From Octopus bimaculoides (Eukaryota), in the NCBI RefSeq assembly GCF_001194135.2, contig NC_069002.1, positions 14,931,398 through 14,995,397 on the forward strand: a stretch of 64,000 bases of DNA, in the 5' to 3' direction. The notes beneath the pieces were generated by a model that ran no database searches, was not told the DNA's origin, and was given only the letters and a program-made list of their open reading frames with translations. Of the stretch, positions 24,981 through 36,000 are shown piece after piece (the first letter of the stretch is position 1; each line of letters opens with the position of its first letter). The position numbers were made by a program, and so were the translations under genes.

Positions 24981-26848
24981 GTATTGGTATCCAGAAGACC
25001 CAAGGTGGCAGGTAATGCTATGTAAGTGCTATGGAAGGACCATAGTTAAATACTTGGTTTCATAATGATATGAATCAGGAGTTATATGAGCATGTATATG
25101 TTAAATAAAATGAGACAACAAAGCCAAGGCTGTGTGGAATTTTCAGGACATTTATGAAGAGGAAGTTAGTCTTACAGCTGTTTCTTGGATATTAGGAATA
25201 TCCCTTCATCAGAGACGATGTGAGATGGTTAGTTTCAACAAGCAGCCAACATATACATAGCTCCAATATCAAACTCTATACTTTACCAGTGGAAACAGTC
25301 CACTGTTGAGTTTTGGTACTGAGGGTCAAAAACAATTGATTTCGTGTGTAATACATTGCTACACCTGTTCCTGCTGGATCATCTCCTCCATTGGTGAATA
25401 TAAACATATTTTCCTTTATACTTTTTATAATCGTTATGAATGAGACACAACAGAAACCCTACCACAACAGAAACCCTACCAATCCCACTAACCAGAATAC
25501 TACTGCTACAATATCCCCCACTATTACAGATACTTCAAAATACTGCCCCAGCATAGCCGCAGTCTAATGACTGAAACTAGTAAAAAAATAAAAGATACTA
25601 AAAGATTATAAATGAAAGCAAGTACTTACACCCAAGCGACAACCCTCTGGGTTGCTAAGACACGTGGTCTGTAATGCATCTGCTGCAATAAACTGATCTT
25701 TCCCTTCCAGATTTGCTCCAAGAACATCCTTGGTTACTTCAACAAGTGTCACATTACTTGAGATGGTGAAGTTCAGAGTGGAAGTTACTAAGACTTTGCC
25801 TACGATCTTTTGGAAACTGCAGTCCTTTGTTTCAATTTTTTCAGCTGGTAAAGACAAGAATTGTTGTTTTAAATAAATGGTCTTGTGGAAAAACACATGT
25901 CAATATGTGTATATGTATGCATGTAGACTGATAGATAGACAGACAGATAAGTAGGCAAGAAGATAGACAAATAGACAGGTAGATGAAATAGGCAGACAGA
26001 TAGACAAGCTGAAAGTTGAAATCCTGCAAGGTAAACTTTGTCTTTCATCCTTTTGGTGTACATAAAATACCAGTTCAGGATCAATGTTGACTTATCGATT
26101 TCTCTCTGCTGTATATGTGTAATTTAAAGTGGAGGCGCAATGGCCCAGTGGTTAGGGCAACAGACTCGCGGTTTCGATTCCCAGACCGGGCGTTGTGAGT
26201 GTTTATTGAGCTTAAACACCTAAAGCTCTATGAGGCTCCGGCAGGGGATGGTGGCGAACCCTGCTGTACTCTTTCACCACAACTTTCTCTCACTCTTACT
26301 TCCTGTTTCTGTTGTGCCTGTAATTCAAAGGGTAGGCCTTGTCAGACTGTGTCCCCGAGAACTACGTTAAGGGTACACATGTCTGTGGAGTGCTCAGCCA
26401 CTTGCACATTAATTTCACGAGCAGGCTGTTCCGTTGATCGGATCAACTGGAACCCTCGACGTCGTAAGCGATGGAGTGCCAACAACAACAATATGTGTAA
26501 TTTAAAGACCAATCCTTGTCACATTGTATCACACTGAGGATTGCATTGATGGCACATGGGTCTGTGGCACACTTAATCACTTACATGTTAAGCTCACCAA
26601 ATAGAATTCTGTTTGTCAAACGAGTGAGAGCTCAGCAGAGAATTTAACATGTAAATGAGTAAATATATTTCCCTGTTACAAATGTGAATAAACTTTTAAT
26701 ATACAAGTTAAAAACTTACATTCAACGAGGCTCCAAGCAGAACGATTCTGCCTTATGTTACAGATGAAGGATGTTGTCATTACTAAGTAGCCATCACCAT
26801 AGCATTTATCGTCGATAATACAGATGTCAGCCTGAAAAATATAGCACA

Positions 26849-26914
<66 letters not shown>

Positions 26915-29900
26915 TTATACACACACACACACATATATATATAAATGCTAGAATAAGAAATAGAAAGTCCTTGGTACAGTATTATATATTTGTAAAAATG
27001 AATAGAAATGACTTTTCTGATAATTTTCCCACGTTAATAATTAGCTGTTAGTAAGAAATATCTAATAACCTATGAATATCTAATTATCAAAGCAGATCTG
27101 GGCTGAATGCTTACAAAAAGGGTGGACTCCTTAATGGGCCAGGTGGGGATATTACTCATTCAATAATAATTGAAGTAATTAAAAAATATATACCTATGTG
27201 TATTTGTGTCGTTTTGTCTTGACACAACATACATGTTGAAAACAAGTGTTGTTTGTTTACAAGCTTCTCTGAAATCTCATTTGATTATTGTACTATTTAT
27301 GTTCAAAGAACTGGAGGAAATATTGCATTATTTAGAAACAGGTGAGGCTTGGCAACAGGAAGGATGTCCAGCAGAAGAAAATCTGTCTCAGTGAATTTTG
27401 TTTGATTCATTATCATTTAACATCTGCCTTCCATGCTGGCATGGGTTGGATGGTTTGACAGGAGTAGGCCAAGTAGAAGACTATCTCAAGCGACTGTGTC
27501 TGTCTTGGTATGGTTTTTCTGGCTGGATGCCCTTCCTAACGCTCACCACCCTGCATAGTGGACTGAGTACTTTTTACATGACACCAGCACAAATTAGGTC
27601 AGTTTTGGCATGGTTTTTACAGCTGGATACCCTTCCTAACACCAACCACCCTACAGAGTGGACTGAGTGTTTTTTACATGGCACCAGCAGCACAGGTGAG
27701 GTAAGTTATGGCATGACTTTTACAGCTGGATGCCCTTCCAAATGCCAACCACTTCACAGTGTGGATTGGATGTTTTTTACATGGCACCAGCACCGGCAGG
27801 GATGCCAAGTAACTTGCAAGACAAGGAATTTTGAGAGGGAATGGTGCCTTGGAGGAAATATGGACATCATAATGATGATGAAGATATGGTAAAAATTTGG
27901 AAAGAGAATGTTAGTCATTAGTATTGGTAGAAATTAATTCACAAAAATCTGAAAAAAAGAATATTACAAGTGATTCAAAGTTTGACCCTGCTCCCCACAA
28001 AAAAAGAAAAAGTAGTTTCTTACACGTTGAGTGCAATTTTGATCATCACACTTGTAGCAAACTGGATTATAACGTGTGTAATTCAAGCTTGAATCTGAGC
28101 CTTGATTTCCGTCATTACTTATGGAGATCTTGTATTTTCCTAAACTATCAATTGGACAAACGACTTGATCACTGGTAACATAAGTAGCACTCTTGCTATA
28201 AAATTTCGAACCCATGTCCTACAAAAATGAAAATAAAAAATAGACAGGAGGACATTAATACATGAATAAGAAAAAGGAAAATTCCTTCTTTTTTCATCAT
28301 CTTTTAATTTTTATTGCATTTGGTGATATATGGTTTCTCTATGATTGGCCATAACACTTAACTTCCTAAAAAATATATAATTGCTTCAATGCTTTCAAGT
28401 GAGCTTTTTTGGATATATGAACTATTGATGATAGAGATATATAGCTTTGTTTGTTTGTTCCAAGTTTCCAGTGGGCCAATCACTTAATCTCTACCTTTTC
28501 AATAGTAAAACTGACAAGGGATTGTCTGTGCTAATTGGAGGGAACAAATATTACAAAGGTACACTCAAATGTAGAGGTTTTATCTCTTTTCTTCCTGATG
28601 TACAACAATGGAGTTTATAAAAATATTTCTAATGCTCCTGACCAAAGCACTTCATTTCACTTTCATTTAATAACTTTGTCAAAGGATTCAGGGGTATTTT
28701 AAGGAGGACCAAATTCCTTTCAGAACAATTTAGTTAATGAAATTAATTTGATTAGCCTAGGCCTCATCTACTTGTTTCTTCTCTTCAACTTTAAGTATCA
28801 TCATAAAGTCGTCTGTTCCACTAAACTCACTTTCCTTTTATTGAATACTAACAAGTCTTATGGTTAGTGAATCCAATTCATTTACTCTCTTTACTCTTTT
28901 TACTCTTTTACTTGTTTCAGTCATTTGACTGTGGCCATGCTGGGGCACGCCTTTAGTCGAGAAAATCGACCCCAGGACTTATTCTTTGGATGCCTAGTAC
29001 TTATTCTATCGGTCTCTTTTGCCGAACTGCTAAGATATGGGGACGTAAACACACCACCATCGGTTGTCAAGCNNNNNNNNNNNNNNNNNNNNNNNNNNNN
29101 NNNNNNNNNNNNNNNNNNNNNNNNNNNNNNNNNNNNNNNNNNNNNNNNNNNNNNNNNNNNNNNNNNNNNNNNNNNNNNNNNNNNNNNNNNNNNNNNNNNN
29201 NNNNNNNNNNNNNNNNNNNNNNNNNNNNNNNNNNNNNNNNNNNNNNNNNNNNNNNNNNNNNNNNNNNNNNNNNNNNNNNNNNNNNNNNNNNNNNNNNNNN
29301 NNNNNNNNNNNNNNNNNNNNNNNNNNNNNNNNNNNNNNNNNNNNNNNNNNNNNNNNNNNNNNNNNNNNNNNNNNNNNNNNNNNNNNNNNNNNNNNNNNNN
29401 NNNNNNNNNNNNNNNNNNNNNNNNNNNNNNNNNNNNNNNNNNNNNNNNNNNNNNNNNNNNNNNNNNNNNNNNNNNNNNNNNNNNNNNNNNNNNNNNNNNN
29501 NNNNNNNNNNNNNNNNNNNNNNNNNNNNNNNNNNNNNNNNNNNNNNNNNNNNNNNNNNNNNNNNNNNNNNNNNNNNNNNNNNNNNNNNNNNNNNNNNNNN
29601 NNNNNNNNNNNNNNNNNNAGTGGTTGGCGTTAGGAAGGGCATCCAGCTGTAGAAACTCTGCCAAATCAGACTGGAGCCTGGTGTTGCCATCCGGTTTCAC
29701 CAGTCCTCAGTCAAATCGTCCAACCCATGCTAGCATGGAAAGCGGACGTTAAACGATGATGATGATGATGATGATGATATATACAATGGGCCTCTTTCAG
29801 TTTCCGTCTACCAAATCCACTCACAAGGCTTTGGTTGGCCCGAGGCTATAGTAGAAGACACTTGCCCAAGGTGCCACGCAGTGGGACTGAACCCGGAACC

Positions 29901-31639
29901 ATGTGGTTAGTAAGCAAGCTACTTACGACACAGCCACTCCTGCGCCTATTTATTTATTAATTCTGGGATACAGGGTACTTTCTCCTGTTACTAACCACCA
30001 CTTCTTTATCAATAGTTTTATAACTCACAGTCCCTTTCTTTCTATCAGGATCTTGTTCCTACTTATACACAGCCCTTTACCCATTTCTAAGTTATTTTCA
30101 TTTAAGAAGTTGAAAGAAAAATTCAAGAAAAACAATGTTACATTTGAGAAGTTGTAATGACAAATCAGTGTATTGGTCTGTACAAAGTTTTCGCCCGAAA
30201 TTGCCACCTCACTGCAGTCAGTAATCCGTTCATCACACATTTCAGGGTCCAGAGAGAAAACAGTTGGTGGTGTATCCTTCTGAATGGAACAGTCAACACC
30301 AAAATATTTATTTTGACATTGGCATTCACCTGGAATATTCAATTAATAATGAAAAAGTAAATATCATTAGCATCATGTGTAGTGCTGGAATTTTAAGACG
30401 AAAAGATTGCAGCCTAAATTGAGAGATATTACAATGGTGGGTAAGAAAGAGAATATAAAAGTGAGCAGGAGCAATTGTGTTATATTTGAGATTGTAGCTG
30501 TGTGAAGATTGTATTTGTGAAGGCGCATGGCTCAGAGGTGAGAGTTCAATTCCTAGACCAGGTTGTGTGTTGTGTTCTTGGGCAACATACTTTATTTCAT
30601 GTTGCTCTAGTTTGTTCTGTAGAAATGAGCTGCGACATCACTAGTGCCAAGCTTTATTGGCCGTTGTCTTTCCCTTAGATAGCATCAGTGGTATGGAGAA
30701 GGGGGACTGGTATATGTGGACAACTGCTGGTCTTCCATAATCAACATTTCCCAGACTTGTGCCTCAGAGAGGCTGGAAACCTGTGGTGAAATTGAACTCA
30801 AGATCGGTAAGCGAGTAGTTGAATATTATAACATCATCTACCCATTAGATATTTAATTTTTACAACATATTGCATTATATAGTGAGTGCAAATTATACTG
30901 AACAGCCAGCTGGAGGAGGCGTCCTCCTGGAGTTAAAATAGCAGCATCACCTGTTCTTAAACTGCACTCATGTTTAAGTGGCTATAAGCATTACCTCTCA
31001 GTATAAATACCACTTCCATCTCTAATAGAGATTTTAACAAATTAGTTTGCTAGTAGAAATAATATTACTTACCTTTAACACATTCTCCAAAGCCACTACA
31101 GTCGTTAGGACATATCATGTCCATGATTTTATTAGTATTCGTATTGTTGTCCCACAATTCCACATTAGTTTCTACTTCCATGATACAAGATTGTTGAATA
31201 CTCTGAACTGCTTCTTTGGCCCAAGAAGTATCCTCAGTAATCTAATTCCGAAAGAATCACAAAAGAATATTAGCTTTCCTTCTTTTGGCTTTAAGACCAT
31301 ATTTAAAACATTTATATGTATATATATCAGACAATGCTTCATGTGAATTATGCTATTCTAATTTAAAATGCACTCGTGCCAATGACACATAAAGAGCACT
31401 GAGTACATTCTGTAAAGTGGTTAGCATTAGGAAGGGCACCCAGCCACAGAAACCATGCTACAACAGACAATTGGGGGCTGGACAGCTCCTCAGCTGGCCA
31501 GTTCCATGTCAAGCTGTCCACCCCATGCCAGCATGGAAAATGGACGTTAAATGATGATGATATATATATATATATATCATATATATTCACGGTGGTGCAC
31601 CAGCATGACCGCAGCCACTTGGCTGAAACACATAAATAA

Positions 31640-31676
<37 letters not shown>

Positions 31677-31986
31677 TATTTAGCAGAATCAACAGAGTAA
31701 CTCAAGGGCAGAGTTGTGTGCGTTGGCAATTATCAAACTACATTTATATATAATTGATCCCCCCAAAATGAAGGAAAAACACAAGAAAAAACAACAATGC
31801 AAGGACATGGTACATGCAAAGTATTAACAGACACTCAGGGAAAGAAAGAAAGGTCGCTTTATGTTTCGAGCAAAGCTCTTCTTCAGAAACCAGAAACAAA
31901 CGAAAGTCCAAGAGAAAAGGAAGATGGATGGAAAAAAATTGCCAACAATCCACATGTAGTTACATTTTGAAATGTATATTTATATG

Positions 31987-32079
<93 letters not shown>

Positions 32080-32625
32080 ACACAAGTGGGTGCTGGAAAG
32101 TTCCCTGGCTTTAAGGGTATCATGAAAGGCCTGGCTGAAGGCCCAACTTTCCAAGTTGTTTTACAGGGCTTAGAAAAACTGAAGGACCACTGCAATAAAT
32201 GTGTGAATCTGAGAAGGGAGCATGTTGAATGGAATCATAATTAACTGATCCTCCTCTATTTTCTTTCACCCAAAACCAGGAACTTTTGAGTACCCCCTCA
32301 TATGTGTGTGTATATATACATATATATGTATAACTACTATAATAAACACATTTTTACCGATCACGAGGGAATGCAATTCTCAAAGCTTTTTTTTTAGGAG
32401 GTTAGCTTTGAGATTTGCATTCCCTCGCAAACGGTAAAAATGTGTTTATTATAGTAGTTTGACTTCTGGAGTCCCTCTTAGCATGAGGCGTTATTGTATA
32501 GTAATGCCCTTATATAAATTAAATATATTTATAGGGGAAAATGATGGGTTTTTTTTTTTCCCTTATGAGGTTTTTTTCACGCTAACTACTTGATAAATTC
32601 TTATAAAGACTTTATCCTATTATTG

Positions 32626-32661
<36 letters not shown>

Positions 32662-33058
32662 TTAAGAGAGAGATTTGACGACAATATCCATTATTATTGT
32701 AATTTATTCCTATGTCAACATTTCTGTATAAAGCTATATTTGACCGTCAAATTTAAGTCAAACATATAAGTTGCCTTTTGTTTGATTTTTGTTTGTTCTC
32801 AAATGTATTCCCTGAAGACGTGTAAGGCAACTTATATGTTCGACTTAAATTTGACGGTCGAATATAGCTTTATACAGATATGTTGACATAGGAATAAATT
32901 ACAATAATAATGGATATTGTCGTCAAATCTCTCTCTTAAATTTAAATTTAAAACTTTGGATATATAAACAAGGAGAACGATCCTTAAGGAGTCTAATTTA
33001 GACTTTTTTGCGGTGAAATCTCTTGCTATATTGGTAACGATTACATGGTTTTCTATGA

Positions 33059-33095
<37 letters not shown>

Positions 33096-36000
33096 CACAT
33101 ACACACATAGGATCAAAAAGTTCTTATTGAGCCGTAGCCTCATAAGCTCATAAGGTCAGTTTCCCTGAATTTATGGCATGTATATCCCTATCTGGATAGG
33201 ACACTGGTCCTTTGCATGGTTACTCACTTGTGCCAGCTGAGTGATCTGGAGCAGCATGAAATGTAGCATTCTGCTCATGGACAAAACACATTAGCTAGTA
33301 CAGGAATTGAAACCACAGTCTTAGAATAATCACTGCAACATCCAAACCACTGAACCACACACAAACATTTAGACTATTGAAAAGGTTGTAAGACGCAACA
33401 AAAATTTTAGGAAAATAAGAAATAAGTGAAAATTTTACTGGTGAGTGTTAAATTATAAAGCACAAAAAGAAAATGATTCTCCCCAGACGACAACAATCTT
33501 CAACACACAAACTCACATAAAGAATCTTGCAAGCCAAATCCAAAAACGAAATATCAAGATGAGGTTTCCAAAATATCAAGTAACTTTACCTGAATATCTT
33601 CTATACAGGAGTCTAAAGACATAGCAAATTCGGTGTTAGGCAGAATTTTGAGACAATTTTTGGTGGAATTTTTCCCTTCAATTGTTGTTTTGCATATAGT
33701 AGTTGCTTCTGTTTCTGTTATCTTCTTTGTTGGTGAAGGCCAGGTGAATTCCTGAAATAATAAATTAACTTAGTTAGTGTAGAAAACAATAACAGTTTTA
33801 ACATTATATTATCATAACTAAACAAAACATAACAGATATTTAGAACCCTATGAATGAGAGTTATACAACTTTGAAGATCCAACAATGCAACTGGATTACA
33901 TGATTTATATTACATAAAAGATAATCATTTACTGTTAACGAAATACATGCAAGGCTACATATTTTATAAACAAACTCTCCCTGCTTTGTTTTGTTTTGCT
34001 AATACACCATTTTGAGCGTGTCCGTTGCCAGTACTGCCTGACTGGCCTTCGTGCGGGTGACACGTAAAAGCACCCACTACACTCTCGGAGTGGTTGGCGT
34101 TAGGAAGGGCATCCAGCTGTAGAAACTCTGCCATATCAGATTGGAGCCTGGTGTAGCCATCTGGTTTCACCAGTCCTCACTCAAATTGTCCAACCCGTGC
34201 TAGCATAGAAAGCGGACGTTAAACGATGATGATGATGATGATTATATATATATCGTGGAGGTGCTATGGCCCAGTGGTTTGGGCAGCAGACTCATGGTCA
34301 TAGGATCATGGTTTCGATTTCCAGACCAGGCGTTGTGAATGTTTATTGAGCTGAAACACCTAAAAGCTCCATGAGGCTCTGGCAAGGGGGTGGTAGTGAA
34401 ACCTGCTGTACTCCTTCACCACCACTTTCTCTCGCTCTTTCTTCCTGTTTCTGCTGTACCTGTACTTCACTCTCCATCTAAAATGTGGTGATAATTTTAG
34501 CATGTATAGCAAAACAAAAGTGCCCTTGCTACTCTTGGGACCTCCAAAAAATGCCCAGTACTATGGCAGCTGAAATAAAGTTATAATAATATTAATAATA
34601 AAGAAATGCTATTGATTTTCCCTGAGGAATTGCCAACTTACTGGAGTCACATATGTACTGTTATATTCAAATGTTTCTTCTTCTTGTCTTGAAATACATT
34701 TCTTTGGGATCTTGGCTTTTTTAAGCAGCTTCTTTGTGATATCTTTCACTGGAAGTGTAAAACAAATAACAGATTTTATAGAAAAGAAATGAGTTGAATG
34801 CGAAATTGGTTGGTGGAGAAAATATGTAGAAGTTTTGTTGGAAGGACAGAAGGTGCAGGAGTCCAGCTTTGTCATATATTAAGTCAAGTTCAAGAATTAC
34901 ATTGACATTACTTGTAACCATTGAATATCTATTTGTTTGTATTTAATATTTTATATATTTTATATTCAACATGTAATCAAGTTTATTGAAACCATCAGAG
35001 AATCCAGACATCATGTTCTGGTAGCATACCTTTTCGGTGAGACTTCTTGCTTGGTTTACTTCCGCATGTCTGGTAGTCCATGTTGGAGCTACATTCTGTT
35101 TCACTTAATGACATACAATTACAGTAGACATGGCCCTCTTCTGTTTTGGTGGGTTCTTTTAGGGGACAGTAACCAGTATATAATGTATCTTTTTTCTTCA
35201 CTCTGAAACAGCAAAAGATGATTTTTAATTGATTCACTTGACAATATTCAGACTGATAATAATATATTTAGTTTGATCTCATTAAAGAAGAAAATTTAGT
35301 TTTTCCTTTACTTTTCTTTTCCAAAAAATACTTTAAATATATCCCACTCCCACATCATCATCATCAACATCATCATTATCATTTAACATCTGTTTTTCAT
35401 GCTGGCATGGGTTAGACAGTTTGACCAGAGCTGGGAGCCATACCAGGCTCTATTGTCTGTTCTGGCAATGGTTTCTACAGCTGGATATTCTTTCTAATGC
35501 CAATCTCTCCACAGAGTGTTCTAGATGCTTTTTATGTGGTACTGGCATCAGTGCTTTTAACATGGCACCAGCACAGATATCAACTCTACTCTGATGGATG
35601 GGTCTTCTTGAGTACAGCAAAGCACCAAATATCTTGGTACTCTGCCATTTCCTTTTGAGATCAGCCATCAATACTTTGTGCCATATCTTCCTGGTTTTCC
35701 CTCCTTCACAAGTTCAACCCACTCCTTTAAGTCATCAGACTTCTGTATACAACTGTCTACCTCCATATTCATCTCATCATCAAACCAGTGTAGTCTTCTC
35801 TCTTGCATATAAACAGAAGCGTACTTTTGAATTACACGATTCTCTTCTGTGTTTAGTCTTAATGCTTGACACTTTCAGCAAGGGTCTTTTATAGATCCCC
35901 AAGTTTACCAGTTCTATATGAGTGGAATTTGCTAGATGGAGACTATGTAGAAGACTGTCTTCATACACACATACTCAAATACACACACACACACACACAT

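Larger units (their letters stand above)
24797..25605 (+). mobile_element. SINE family B split at its (AT)n tract by a composite insertion
   Basis: 5' half about 24797-24950, 3' end about 25535-25605. Confidence 0.7.
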
